Shown: positions 31,679-42,807 of the stretch, piece after piece | Layout: each line of letters opens with the position of its first letter | Numbering within the stretch: position 1 is the first letter of the stretch | Assembly (NCBI RefSeq): GCF_053078305.1 | Contig: NZ_CP166879.1 | DNA length: 64,000 bases | Strand: one strand, 5' to 3' | The notes under the pieces: generated by a model | The model's database searches: none | What the model was told of the DNA's origin: nothing | What the model saw: only the letters and a program-made list of their open reading frames with translations | Made by a program: the position numbers and the translations under genes

Positions 31679-33340
31679 TTATTCTACGTTTTCGGCGACG
31701 GGAGTTGTTGAGGTTAAGGGTGAAGTCAATGCCGCCAGCGAGCCGCCTGAAACGCCAATTTCATTGAGCAAGGAGTCAATCAGCGGTGCCTGTGTGCGGT
31801 AAGAAAGGGCGGCAGACAATGCCTGCTCTGCAAGGTTTCCTCCACTAACGCTACCTGCGCTCGCATCACCCGCAGTACCACCACGATTCAGTCCATCGAC
31901 CTGAATGATCTTAATACCATCGATCGACTTCATCGGCTCAACGGATTTCTCAATTACCGCAGGCAGCGCCTGCAATAATGCCAGTTTGAATTTAAGGCTG
32001 GTTTGTTCATCAGAAAGTACGTTGATAGCATCGTTCAGCGCACGTTGTGCTTCTGCTTCCGCCAGACCTTTTTTACGCGTAGCTTCAGCTAACTCAACGA
32101 TCGCCGCCGCCTGCATCTCTGCGGCTTCTTTTTCTGCTTTTGCCCGCACGGTCAGTTCAACCGCTTTGGTTTCTGCATCCTGCGCGGCAGCGATTAGGGC
32201 AACTTGTTTAGCACGATCGGCTTCTGCGGTCTGGCGAGTGGTTTCAACGTTTTGTTGGGCGCTTACTGCTTCTGCGAGTGCAAGGTTAGCACGCGCTTCT
32301 GCCTGGGACTGTTGTTCCGATTTGGCGGCAATAGCGATCGATTTCGTCTGGTTAGCGATTTCGGTGACCTGCTGCTGTTCGATCTCTTTAATGCGAACTT
32401 CACGTTCAGCTTCAACTTTTCTTGAGCGGACGGCCTGTTCGCGGTCGATTTCTGTTTCCTGAATCTGTCGTTCAGCCAGAATTCGCGTCTGCTCTGCTTC
32501 ACGACGACGTTCAGCTTCAAAAGCCGCAATTTTCGCATTCTGCTCAGCGGTACGGGTTTTAACCTGCTGCTCCTGCTCAAGCGTCATAAACGCTTCTTGT
32601 TGTTCAATCTCCAACTTGCGCGAAAGTGCATCACGGTTTTTCTCACGCACCGCAACTTCTACATCCTGTTCAACTTCGTTACGCTCGCGGCGACGGCGCT
32701 CCGTCTCCTGAGTCAGTTTGGTTAAACCTTCGGCGTCAAAGGCATTGTTCGGATTGAAATGTTCTTTCGAGGTCTGGTTAAAGTTGGTAAGTGAAACGCT
32801 TTCCAGTTCCAGGCCGTTTTTCGACAGATCTTCAGCTACGGTATTTTGTACTCCCTGCACGAAGTTCTCGCGGGTATCCTGTAACTCATGCATGGTCATT
32901 TGCGCAGCTGTTGCACGGAGGGCATCGACAAATTTATCTTCAACCAACATACGTAAGTCTTCAGGCGACAGGGTGCGTTGCCCCAGCGTCTGGGCAGCGG
33001 TGGCAATCCCTTCTACTGAAGGTTTTACCCGCACAAAGAAAGCGACTACTACATCGACGCGCATACGATCTTTCGTAATCAGGCTATCAATGGTTGAGCG
33101 GCTGACTTCCAGCTTCAGAGTATTCATATTGATGGGGATTATTTCATGAAAGATCGGCATCACGATTGCGCCACCGCTCATTACCACTTTTTGCCCACCT
33201 AAACCAGTACGAACAAAAGCTTGCTCTGCCGAAGCGCGACGATAGAGCCTGGCGAAAATAATTCCAATAATAAACAGAATGCATACGGCAATAATCGCGG
33301 TAAACATCCAGGAGGGCACAGAATTAACAATATCATCCAT
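31679..33340 (-). CDS. yqiK: Flotillin-like SPFH/band-7 protein YqiK
   Basis: 553-aa ORF with an N-terminal transmembrane segment, an SPFH domain and a long E/A/R-rich coiled coil. Confidence 0.9.
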   Translation of the reverse strand: MDDIVNSVPSWMFTAIIAVCILFIIGIIFARLYRRASAEQAFVRTGLGGQKVVMSGGAIVMPIFHEIIPINMNTLKLEVSRSTIDSLITKDRMRVDVVVAFFVRVKPSVEGIATAAQTLGQRTLSPEDLRMLVEDKFVDALRATAAQMTMHELQDTRENFVQGVQNTVAEDLSKNGLELESVSLTNFNQTSKEHFNPNNAFDAEGLTKLTQETERRRRERNEVEQDVEVAVREKNRDALSRKLEIEQQEAFMTLEQEQQVKTRTAEQNAKIAAFEAERRREAEQTRILAERQIQETEIDREQAVRSRKVEAEREVRIKEIEQQQVTEIANQTKSIAIAAKSEQQSQAEARANLALAEAVSAQQNVETTRQTAEADRAKQVALIAAAQDAETKAVELTVRAKAEKEAAEMQAAAIVELAEATRKKGLAEAEAQRALNDAINVLSDEQTSLKFKLALLQALPAVIEKSVEPMKSIDGIKIIQVDGLNRGGTAGDASAGSVSGGNLAEQALSAALSYRTQAPLIDSLLNEIGVSGGSLAALTSPLTSTTPVAENVE

Positions 33341-33366
33341 TATTAAATTTCCTTTTGATTAATAAA

Positions 33367-33996
33367 TTACAATATTTGGGGCCAGGGATTGTTTTCCGCC
33401 AAATATCGCGTTGCAGAAAGTCGGCAAATAATTAACACTTTGTCTCCTTTAGTGAAAATTTTTCCTTCTTCAGGCTCCAGTAGTAAATAATGTATTTGGC
33501 CAAATTGATCGGTGAGTTTTCCTTCGCAGGGATTACCTGAAGTGGCTTGATGACCGGTAATTAATGCCATGCTACCAATATATTCTTCTTCTGTAATAGC
33601 TGAACTATGGTCGCGTGGAATCCAGGGCGCAACTATTTTACCGGTATAATGCACCGCAATAATCGTAAACAGTAAACTGACAGGAACCACGAACAGGTTC
33701 GACAGTGGTGATTGCCAGACCATGATGCAGGCATGCTGCAACAGGATGCCAATAAGACCAAAAAAACCAGCCAGCAAGCAGAGAACGACGAGAGCTGGCA
33801 ATCTTCCGATATTGAGATAATGAAGTGCCTGGCTAATATGACCTGTGGTTATGGAATCATAATGGTCAAGATGTGCATCAAGAGCACCGGAGAGCATGTG
33901 ACCGCAGATAAGCGCAAAAATTTCTAAAAGGCCGATCAACAGTACAAAGGAAATAGCGAAAAGATAAGGGGTATTATAGTCGGCGAATAAAATCAT
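33367..33996 (-). CDS. yqiJ: NfeD-like inner-membrane protein YqiJ (partner of YqiK)
   Basis: 209-aa ORF with multiple transmembrane segments and a C-terminal OB-fold-like region, upstream of yqiK in the same operon. Confidence 0.85.
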
Positions 33997-34264
33997 ATGT
34001 CACTCCAATGTCCATTTAGTGACGCAATATTTACTTTGGGATAGTTTCCTTGCTTACATTTATCTTTGTTAATAATAACACATGTTAGAGAAGTTCTGGA
34101 AGAGAAAGTCTTTTAATATGGTTTTTTATTTTTCACTAAAAAGTGTGATCGAGGACAATATATTTACGCACGTTATGTTTAAAGGCACTACACTGATTGG
34201 GGAATACTGAAATCAGAAAAAGCATATGGCCTTAAAAGGTATGCGATAACCGGAGGATGTGCTT

Positions 34265-34465
34265 ATGGATCATAGTCTTAATTCTTTAAATAATTTCGAT
34301 TTCCTGGCGCGTAGTTTTGCCAGAATGCACGCAGAAGGTCGCCCGGTCGATATTCTGGCCGTTACTGGTAACATGGATGAAGAACATAGAACCTGGTTTT
34401 GCGCACGTTATGCCTGGTATTGCCAACAGATGATGCAAACCAGAGAACTTGAATTAGAACACTGA
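34265..34465 (+). CDS. glgS: Surface composition regulator GlgS
   Basis: 66 aa from [31 protein letters not shown]. Confidence 0.9.
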
Positions 34466-34499
34466 TATTACGGGCCGTCTGGCCCGTTTTTGTGTTGCT

Positions 34500-34799
34500 T
34501 TATTCTGCTTTATCAATAGGCGGGATAGCCGGAGGAGATTGAAGATCTGCTACCGAATTATTGCGCGCTTCCAGTTCACTGATGCGCTGCTCCAGTAACG
34601 CCAGTTTTTCACGAGTCCGTAACAGGACTTGCGTCTGTACGTCGAATTCTTCGCGGCTCACCAGATCGAGACGCGTCAGCTGCGCTTGTAGGGTTTGGCG
34701 GATTTTTTTCTCCACATCTTCCCCGAACTCCCTGATTCCTTTAGGCATTGATTCGTGAACCTGGCGAGCGATTTGCTCAATTTTTTTCGGGTCAATCAT
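34500..34799 (-). CDS. ubiK: Ubiquinone biosynthesis accessory factor UbiK (YqiC, BMFP family)
   Basis: The start is taken at [16 protein letters not shown]. The ORF track extends 20 codons further upstream. It has a coiled-coil C-terminus. Confidence 0.8.
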   Translation of the reverse strand: MIDPKKIEQIARQVHESMPKGIREFGEDVEKKIRQTLQAQLTRLDLVSREEFDVQTQVLLRTREKLALLEQRISELEARNNSVADLQSPPAIPPIDKAE

Positions 34800-34920
34800 T
34801 GTAGTTTCCCTGTACTGATAGGTGTTGAGTGCCATTGTAGTGCGATAAGGGTAAGTCATAAACCAGAATTATGTGAAGCTATGCGTTGCTGCCGCTAATC
34901 ATTAGCGTTATAGTGAATCC

Positions 34921-35070
34921 GCTTATTCTCAGGGCGGGGCGAAATTCCCCACCGGCGGTAAATCAACTCAGTTGAAAGCCCGCGAGCGCTTTGGGTGCGA
35001 ACTCAAAGGACAGCAGATCCGGTGTAATTCCGGGGCCGACGGTTAGAGTCCGGATGGGAGAGAGTAACGA
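34921..35070 (+). ncRNA. FMN riboswitch (RFN element) in the ribB leader (SroG region)
   Basis: agggcggggcgaaattccccaccggcggtaaatcaactcagttgaaagcccgcgagcgctttgggtgcgaactcaaaggacagcagatccggtgtaattccggggccgacggttagagtccggatggga matches the conserved RFN core. Confidence 0.85.
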
Positions 35071-35174
35071 TTCTGTCGGGCATGGACCCGCTCACGTTAT
35101 TTTGGCTATATGCCGCCACTCCTAAGACTGCCCTGATTCTGGTAACCATAATTTTAGTGAGGTTTTTTTTTACC

Positions 35175-35828
35175 ATGAATCAGACGCTACTTTCCTCTTT
35201 TGGTACGCCTTTCGAACGTGTTGAAAATGCACTGGCTGCGCTGCGTGAAGGACGCGGTGTAATGGTGCTTGATGATGAAGACCGTGAAAACGAAGGTGAT
35301 ATGATCTTCCCGGCAGAAACCATGACTGTTGAGCAGATGGCGCTGACCATTCGCCACGGTAGCGGTATTGTTTGCCTGTGCATTACTGAAGATCGCCGTA
35401 AACAACTCGATCTGCCAATGATGGTAGAAAATAACACCAGCGCCTATGGCACCGGTTTTACCGTGACCATTGAAGCGGCTGAAGGTGTGACTACCGGTGT
35501 TTCTGCCGCTGACCGTATTACGACCGTTCGCGCAGCGATTGCCGATGGCGCAAAACCTTCTGATCTGAATCGCCCGGGCCACGTTTTCCCACTTCGCGCG
35601 CAGGCAGGTGGAGTACTGACGCGTGGCGGTCATACTGAAGCGACTATTGATCTGATGACGCTGGCAGGCTTTAAACCGGCTGGTGTGCTGTGTGAGCTGA
35701 CTAATGACGATGGCACGATGGCGCGTGCACCAGAGTGTATTGAGTTTGCCAATAAACACAACATGGCGCTCGTGACTATTGAAGACCTGGTGGCATACCG
35801 TCAGGCACATGAGCGTAAAGCCAGCTGA
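35175..35828 (+). CDS. ribB: 3,4-dihydroxy-2-butanone-4-phosphate synthase
   Basis: 217 aa from [42 protein letters not shown]. Confidence 0.95.
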   Translation: MNQTLLSSFGTPFERVENALAALREGRGVMVLDDEDRENEGDMIFPAETMTVEQMALTIRHGSGIVCLCITEDRRKQLDLPMMVENNTSAYGTGFTVTIEAAEGVTTGVSAADRITTVRAAIADGAKPSDLNRPGHVFPLRAQAGGVLTRGGHTEATIDLMTLAGFKPAGVLCELTNDDGTMARAPECIEFANKHNMALVTIEDLVAYRQAHERKAS

Positions 35829-35861
35829 AAACCGCTGCTTAATTTACTGCCTTAATCAAGA

Positions 35862-35895
35862 AACCGAAGTTGTAGCAGGCTTCGGTTTTTATTTT
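35862..35895 (+). terminator. ribB rho-independent terminator
   Basis: aaaccgaagttgtagcaggcttcggttttt. Confidence 0.6.
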
Positions 35896-36065
35896 TCCCT
35901 GCTATGCAAGATGTTAATTCCGCTTCTCTTTCTATGAGAAAATTTCATTAATATCAGGCATTCTTTTTCATTATGATCAAAATCATATAATTGTTCCGTT
36001 ATTATGCGACCATATGAATATATCCGAAAAAGGATATGTGAAATTTATGCGCTAAATGTTTAGTA

Positions 36066-36260
36066 TTGTTAAATATTAAGGGTAAAAGGATGTTTATCGC
36101 CTGGTACTGGATTGTATTGATTGTTCTGGTTGTGGTGGGTTATTTCCTGCATTTGAAACGTTATTGTCGGGCATTTCGCCAGGACAGAGACGCACTGCTT
36201 GAAGCGCGGAACAAATACTTAAACAGTACGAGAGAAGAGACAGCCGAAAAGGTAGAATAA
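36066..36260 (+). CDS. Small single-pass membrane protein (64 aa, possibly starting at the internal Met-8)
   Basis: Hydrophobic segment FIAWYWIVLIVLVVVGYFL followed by a basic/charged tail. It sits in the K-12 ribB-zupT gap. Confidence 0.4.
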   Translation: MLNIKGKRMFIAWYWIVLIVLVVVGYFLHLKRYCRAFRQDRDALLEARNKYLNSTREETAEKVE

Positions 36261-36277
36261 GGCTTTAGTGAAACTAG

Positions 36278-36308
36278 CAGAAGTTGTCCATGCGCTGGAC
36301 AACTTCTG
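36278..36308. terminator. Bidirectional terminator between the small ORF and zupT
   Basis: Perfect 13-bp stem cagaagttgtcca-tgcgc-tggacaacttctg. Confidence 0.6.
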
Positions 36309-36317
36309 ATGTTGCTT

Positions 36318-37091
36318 TTAACCAATTCCCGCCGTTTGTAGCAGCACTAAACTGAATCCCATCACTGACATTCCACATAGTACGCCATAGCTGGGGTTAT
36401 TATTAGGGTCAATCTCTTTGGCGAGCGGCATTAATTCATCAACCGAGAGCGCCACCATAATTCCTGCAACCGCCGCCATGATTGCCGCCATGACCACGGG
36501 GGAAATCATGCTACCGAGGATTAACCACGCCAGCACACCACCAAGAATTTCTGCCAATCCAGAAATCCCCGCCCACAGAATTGCCGTGCGTTTAGAACCC
36601 GTTGCTGCATAAACCGGGCCTGCAACCGCCAGACCTTCAGGAATATTGTGCAACGCGACGGCCAGTGCGATGCCAAATCCCAGCTCCAGGTTGCTGCTTG
36701 CCGTGACAAAGGTGGCAATCCCTTCCGGGAAGTTATGCAGACTGATGCCGAGAGTGAGCAGAATGGCTGTGCGCTTGATCGATTTTGGCAACGGCTGCAC
36801 CGATTTTTGCATTAAATCCTGCGGATGCGCATGTGGCAACATGCGGTCCAGGCCAAAATAGCCAAGCAGACCGAAGATAAACATTCCATAACCCAACACA
36901 GGCGACATTCCTTCAGCTGCTAGTGCGGCAGGAAGCATTTCCATTAATGAGATGAGCAACATGATCCCCGCCGCAAATCCTAGCGAAAACGCCAGTAAGC
37001 GGTTCGAGGGTTTTTGCCCGAGAACGCCGAGAAACGCGCCAATAAACGTGGCTGCCCCCGCCAGTATGGTCAGAATGAGAGGTACTGACAT
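36318..37091 (-). CDS. zupT: Zinc transporter ZupT (ZIP family)
   Basis: 257 aa from [26 protein letters not shown]. Confidence 0.92.
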
Positions 37092-37233
37092 CGACAACTC
37101 CTTATAAATCTTCACCTTCAGGCAGATCGTCAAAATAACTGATGATCATCATCATTGTTATCCGGGTTCTTACTCCGCCGAACAAGCGTATTGTGAGGAT
37201 ATCAAAATGACACCTTTAGTTAAGGATATCATC

Positions 37234-38022
37234 ATGTCTTCAACACGTATGCCAGCATTGTTTTTAGGTCACGGTAGTCCGATGAACGTGCTGGAAGATA
37301 ATTTGTATACCCGCAGCTGGCAGACGTTAGGGATGACATTGCCACGCCCGCAAGCGATTGTGGTAGTTTCGGCTCACTGGTTTACCCGTGGAACAGGAGT
37401 GACCGCGATGGAGACGCCGCCCACGATTCATGACTTTGGTGGCTTCCCGCAGGCGCTGTACGATACGCATTATCCTGCTCCGGGTTCGCCTGCGCTGGCA
37501 CAGCATCTGGTTGAGCTGTTAGCGCCGGTCCCGGTGACGCTGGATAAAGAAGCCTGGGGCTTTGACCACGGTTCCTGGGGCGTGCTGATTAAGATGTATC
37601 CTGACGCGGATATCCCGATGGTGCAGTTGAGTATCGATAGTAGCAAACCTGCCGCCTGGCATTTCGAAATGGGGCGAAAACTCGCGGCGCTGCGTGATGA
37701 AGGAATAATGTTGGTCGCCAGCGGCAACGTGGTGCATAACCTGCGTACAGTGAAGTGGCACGGTGATAGTTCACCGTATCCGTGGGCGACGTCGTTTAAT
37801 GAGTATGTGAAAGCGAATCTGACGTGGCAAGGGCCAGTAGAGCAGCATCCTCTGGTGAATTATCTCGACCATGAAGGTGGCGCGTTATCGAACCCAACGC
37901 CAGAGCACTATCTGCCGTTGTTGTATGTGTTAGGTGCGTGGGATGGGCAGGAGCCAATTACCATTCCGGTCGATGGTATAGAAATGGGCAGTTTAAGTAT
38001 GCTGTCGGTGCAGATAGGCTAA
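37234..38022 (+). CDS. ygiD: 4,5-DOPA dioxygenase extradiol-like protein
   Basis: 262 aa from MSSTRMPALFLGHGSPMN. The ORF track starts 9 codons upstream at 37207. Confidence 0.85.
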   Translation: MSSTRMPALFLGHGSPMNVLEDNLYTRSWQTLGMTLPRPQAIVVVSAHWFTRGTGVTAMETPPTIHDFGGFPQALYDTHYPAPGSPALAQHLVELLAPVPVTLDKEAWGFDHGSWGVLIKMYPDADIPMVQLSIDSSKPAAWHFEMGRKLAALRDEGIMLVASGNVVHNLRTVKWHGDSSPYPWATSFNEYVKANLTWQGPVEQHPLVNYLDHEGGALSNPTPEHYLPLLYVLGAWDGQEPITIPVDGIEMGSLSMLSVQIG

Positions 38023-38059
38023 CAATTACCGGATGGCGAATGCCATCCGGCATCATTGA

Positions 38060-39220
38060 TTATTCAACAAAAATATGTGGATAAAACCGAGACATATCCT
38101 GGGTGATCAATGCACGGTCTTCACGAATGCCAATTCCGGCGGGTTGATCGTTCACCAGCCAGCTACCAATCAGCATATAGCTGTCGCCGAATTTCGGTAA
38201 CGGGTGGAATTGCTGAACAATCATCCCTTCTTCGCCATACGGACCTTCCGCTGCTTCAATGGTTTTGCCGTTCTCAATGATCGACACGTTTGCGCCTTCA
38301 CGGGAGAAGATCGGTTTAACCACATATTTTTCCATTTGCGGATGATCATCTTCCGCAAAATAAGCGGGCAGCAGGTTCGGGTGATTCGGGAACATCTCCC
38401 ACAGTAGCGGTAGAAGTGCCTTGTTGGAGATAATGCTCTTCCACGCCGGTTCCAGCCAGCGTACGCCTGCATCCTCCAGCTTGGTGGAAAACATCTCACG
38501 CAACATAAATTCCCACGGATACAGCTTGAACAGGTTGGAAATTACCTGATCCTGTAAATCCGTGAACTGACCTTTTTCACCTAACCCGATATCGTCAATG
38601 TAGAGGAACTCGGTAGCGATTTCAGCTTCCGTCGCGCAGTCCTGCAAATACTGAATGGTACCGCGATCTTCCACCGTGTCGCGACAGCAGGTGAGATGCA
38701 GCAACTGGAAGCCATACTGTTCACGCAGCTCAACGAAGCGATCGATCAGTTTTTCTTGCAGACTGTTAAACTGGTCGCTGCCCTCCGGCAAGTTACCGGC
38801 GTTAAGCTGATCTTCCAGCCAGATCCACTGAAAGAACGCCGCCTCGTATAGTGACGTTGGCGTATCGGCGTTATTTTCCAGAAGTTTAGGTTCGCCAGTG
38901 CCATCCCACGCCAGATCAAGACGCGAATAAAGCGATGGCTGGTGCGTCAGCCATGACTGGCGCACAAAACTCCAGGTGTGTTTTGGTATGCGGAATTTGG
39001 TCATCAGCTCATCGCTGGCGATCACTTTTTCCACCACTTTCAGGCACATCTGGTGCAGTTTGGCGGTGACTTCTTCCAGCTTTTCAACCTGGGCGAGGGT
39101 CAACTTGTAGTAAGCATCTTCACACCAGTACGGCTCGCCGTACATGGTGTGAAAATTGAAACCGTATTCGTGGGCTTTCTCACGCCAGTCCGGGCGCTCG
39201 GTAATACTGACTCTTTCCAT
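38060..39220 (-). CDS. ygiC: Glutathionylspermidine synthase-like ATP-grasp protein
   Basis: 386-aa ORF, Gsp-synthetase homolog, downstream of ygiB. Confidence 0.9.
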   Translation of the reverse strand: MERVSITERPDWREKAHEYGFNFHTMYGEPYWCEDAYYKLTLAQVEKLEEVTAKLHQMCLKVVEKVIASDELMTKFRIPKHTWSFVRQSWLTHQPSLYSRLDLAWDGTGEPKLLENNADTPTSLYEAAFFQWIWLEDQLNAGNLPEGSDQFNSLQEKLIDRFVELREQYGFQLLHLTCCRDTVEDRGTIQYLQDCATEAEIATEFLYIDDIGLGEKGQFTDLQDQVISNLFKLYPWEFMLREMFSTKLEDAGVRWLEPAWKSIISNKALLPLLWEMFPNHPNLLPAYFAEDDHPQMEKYVVKPIFSREGANVSIIENGKTIEAAEGPYGEEGMIVQQFHPLPKFGDSYMLIGSWLVNDQPAGIGIREDRALITQDMSRFYPHIFVE

Positions 39221-39225
39221 CGGTA

Positions 39226-39897
39226 TCAGCCACCCATTGAACGAGAAGAGGTACCGGTTGCGCTACGCTGCATAGTGCTTTGTTTGGCAACAGATTCACC
39301 AAAACCGCCACGGGTAACGGTAGTGGTGGTCGCCGGTTTTGGTGCCATGGCTGTCTTCGGTACGGTCATGGTGCGGCCTGGCTGGGCTGCGCCATAGTTT
39401 TTACCCGTCGCGTCGGTATATTTACCGTAAGCCGGGCTGGCTGGGTTTTTCGAGGAGAACAGCGGCTGCTGTGCAAATCCCGCACCGCCGCCCATCAGAC
39501 GACCCATCATGTAACCGGCCATCAGCGGCATCCAGAAACTCCCGCTGGATTGCTGGGCCTGCGCCTGGTTTTCTGGTGCCATGCCAGCCTGGGCTGGTGC
39601 CTGCTGGCACTGACCTTCACCAAATTCAGCAACACAGTCTTCACGGGTGGCGTATTTCGGCGCAGTACGTTCGGCTTCTTTCAGCGCATTGTTGTACGCG
39701 GTGGTACATTCGGCGCTTTTGCCTGGGTTTGCAGCTGAACAGTCGTCAGCATTTTGATAGAGAGACACTGTTTCATCACTCTTTTCACAGCCAGCCAGCA
39801 TAAAAACAGTGGCAACTGCGAGAGCGACTGGTGTCAGATGGCGTGCGCTCCAGTTTTTGCGGAACGATGCGTGGCGTATGGATTTTGTCCGTTTCAT
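39226..39897 (-). CDS. ygiB: DUF1190 lipoprotein YgiB
   Basis: 223 aa from [12 protein letters not shown]..., with a lipobox LAGC. Confidence 0.85.
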
Positions 39898-40044
39898 TTT
39901 TGTCTTCCGGGACCAGTGGTAAATACCCATCAGAATAGAGGATGGCTGGTCGAAATTGAAGCGAGAAGGGGGAAGAATGCGGCAGATAACCCGTATCTTT
40001 ACGTTGCCTTACGTTCAGACGGGGCCGAAGCCCCGTCGTCGTCA

Positions 40045-41526
40045 TCAGTTACGGAAAGGGTTATGACCGTTACTGGTGGTAGTGCGTGCGGATGTTTGCT
40101 GAACGACGGGTGCAGGGCTATCAGGCGCATAACCATCAGCAATAGCATTCTGTTCCGGCGTTTGCGGGGCAACGTTTTCCGGATTAGTGGAAACCGGTTT
40201 GCTCAGCGCATTGTTCAGTGCCAGCAGATCCTGCTCGTTCAATGTACCCAGGGCTGACTTAATATTCAGCTGATTAATCAGGTAGTTATAACGCGCATTC
40301 GCCAGCTCTTGCTTGGCGTTGTACAGCGTGGTGGTCGCATCCAACACATCAACAATGGTACGCGTACCGACCGAGTAGCCCGCTTCCATCGCGTCTAATG
40401 AGCTTTGGGCGGAAACCACGGCTTGTTTGTAGGCGTTAATACTACTGATAGAAGCATTAATGTTGTTGAAGGAGGAACGTACGGTTTGCACGACGCTACG
40501 ATGCGCGCTTTCCAGTTGCTCGCTGGCACCAACAAAGTTGTACTGGGCCTGTTTCACCTGCGAGTTAACCATTCCGCCCTGATAAATCGGCAGCGAGAAG
40601 CTCAGGCCAACTTTGTTCTGGCCCATATTGCTATCGTCATACTGGGTACCAGCGGCACCACGGGTTTTCGAACCGCTATAAGAGGTGTCAGAAATCCCGG
40701 TAGAAGCCGTTAAATCCAGAGTCGGTAAGTGACCATCCTGCGCCTGGCGAATTTGCTCGCGCGCCAGGTCCTGGCTCAAGCGTGCCTGTAACAGCGACAG
40801 GTTGCGTTTTTCGGCTTCTTTCAGCAGCGCGTTAACCGGCTGTGGTTTGTCGGTTTTAAAGTTTTCGACATTCAGCGCCGCCAGTTCCGGATAGTAGTTA
40901 CCGGTGATCTGGCGCAGCTGCTCTACCGCGTTATCAAGGTTATTACGTGCGGTCACTTCGTTCGCCAGCACGGTATCGTACTGCGCGCGGGCGTTCTGCA
41001 CGTCGGTGATCGCTACCAGGCCCACGTTAAAACGTTGGGTGGTTTGATCTAATTGACGGTAGATCGCTTCTTTTTGCGCCTGTGTATAGGAAAGAACGTC
41101 AATAGCATTCAACACGTTGAAATAAGCGGTCGCGGTGTTGAGGATCAAGGTTTGCTGATCGGTCTGATACGTGACGTCCTGAATCCCTGCTGCTTTTTCC
41201 TGCAGCGTTAACGCACGCCATTTCGACATATCAAAAATGGATTGAGTTAACTGCAGGGACGCACTGGTCGCGTTAGAGTTGATGCCGTTCGCGTCGCGGT
41301 AGCCGTTGCTATAGGTGTAATCTGCACCTAAACCAAGCTGTGGCAGTAATGGACTGCGCGCTTCATTAATTTTTTCAAAGGCAGCATCACGATCGGCGGC
41401 AGACTTACGCAATTCCGGGTTACTAAGGCGTGCTTGCTGATAAACTTGCATCAGGTTCTCGGCCTGGCTCAACGAACTGAACCCAGAAAGGCTCAGGCCG
41501 ATAAGAATGGGGAGCAATTTCTTCAT
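40045..41526 (-). CDS. tolC: Outer membrane efflux channel TolC
   Basis: 493 aa from MKKLLPILIGLSLSGFSSLSQAENLMQVYQQ. The C-terminus is TTSNGHNPFRN. Confidence 0.97.
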   Translation of the reverse strand: MKKLLPILIGLSLSGFSSLSQAENLMQVYQQARLSNPELRKSAADRDAAFEKINEARSPLLPQLGLGADYTYSNGYRDANGINSNATSASLQLTQSIFDMSKWRALTLQEKAAGIQDVTYQTDQQTLILNTATAYFNVLNAIDVLSYTQAQKEAIYRQLDQTTQRFNVGLVAITDVQNARAQYDTVLANEVTARNNLDNAVEQLRQITGNYYPELAALNVENFKTDKPQPVNALLKEAEKRNLSLLQARLSQDLAREQIRQAQDGHLPTLDLTASTGISDTSYSGSKTRGAAGTQYDDSNMGQNKVGLSFSLPIYQGGMVNSQVKQAQYNFVGASEQLESAHRSVVQTVRSSFNNINASISSINAYKQAVVSAQSSLDAMEAGYSVGTRTIVDVLDATTTLYNAKQELANARYNYLINQLNIKSALGTLNEQDLLALNNALSKPVSTNPENVAPQTPEQNAIADGYAPDSPAPVVQQTSARTTTSNGHNPFRN

Positions 41527-41730
41527 TTGCATTCCTTGTGGTGAAGCAGTATTTAGCGCGATCAAACTGTAAAATTATTGCGGATTCTAGCAGAAGCCGC
41601 TACCGCAAAAGGTTGGCGTTACGTGCCATAGGGCGTTAATGTGCCTCAATTTAACACATGACTGCTCAAACGGCAGTCAAACGTCGCTGAAATTCACATT
41701 TAATTCACTATTAGTGCCAGGACATTAACA

Positions 41731-42360
41731 ATGCTTAAGCCAGACAACCTGCCCGTTACATTTGGCAAAAACGATGTAGAAATTATTGCACGAGAAACAC
41801 TTTATCGCGGCTTTTTTTCATTAGATCTTTATAGATTTCGTCATCGTCTATTCAACGGGCAAATGAGTCATGAGGTACGGCGGGAAATTTTTGAGCGCGG
41901 TCACGCCGCAGTCTTGCTACCCTTTGACCCAGTGCGTGATGAAGTTGTGCTGATTGAGCAGATTCGAATTGCCGCGTACGACACTAGCGAAACCCCCTGG
42001 CTACTGGAGATGGTTGCCGGGATGATTGAAGAGGGTGAAAGTGTGGAAGATGTTGCCCGTCGCGAAGCGATTGAAGAGGCGGGGCTGATAGTCAAACGGA
42101 CCAAACCGGTGTTAAGTTTCCTGGCAAGCCCGGGGGGCACCAGTGAGCGTTCGTCAATTATGGTGGGCGAAGTGGACGCCACGACCGCAAGCGGTATTCA
42201 CGGTCTGGCTGATGAAAACGAAGATATTCGCGTTCATGTGGTAAGCCGGGAACAGGCATACCAGTGGGTAGAAGAGGGGAAAATCGACAACGCAGCGTCG
42301 GTCATCGCTTTGCAATGGCTGCAGCTGCATCATCAAGCGTTAAAAAATGAGTGGGCATAA
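41731..42360 (+). CDS. nudF: ADP-ribose pyrophosphatase (Nudix)
   Basis: 209-aa ORF with the Nudix box [22 protein letters not shown]. Confidence 0.93.
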
Positions 42361-42783
42361 ATGAAGCGTTACACACCTGACTTTCCTGAAATGATGCGCC
42401 TGTGCGAGATGAACTTTTCACAATTGCGCCGTTTGTTACCGCGCAATGACGCACCCGGCGAAACTGTAAGCTATCAGGTGGCAAACGCACAATATCGGCT
42501 GACGATTGTGGAATCGACCCGATACACTACCCTGGTGACAATAGAACAGACTGCGCCCGCGATCAGTTACTGGAGCCTTCCGTCAATGACGGTGCGTCTG
42601 TATCATGACGCGATGGTGGCTGAAGTGTGTTCAAGCCAGCAGATTTTTCGCTTCAAAGCGCGGTATGATTATCCTAATAAAAAGTTGCATCAACGCGACG
42701 AAAAGCATCAAATTAACCAGTTTTTAGCGGACTGGTTGCGATACTGTTTAGCACATGGAGCGATGGCGATTCCGGTTTACTAG
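42361..42783 (+). CDS. yqiB: DUF1249 protein YqiB
   Basis: 140-aa ORF immediately after nudF. Confidence 0.85.
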
Positions 42784-42807
42784 CGTCGTGAAACCTAAGG
42801 ACACCAT

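Noticed and set aside
35187-35810. 207-aa minus-strand ORF antisense to ribB
   Set aside because: Antisense shadow of ribB.
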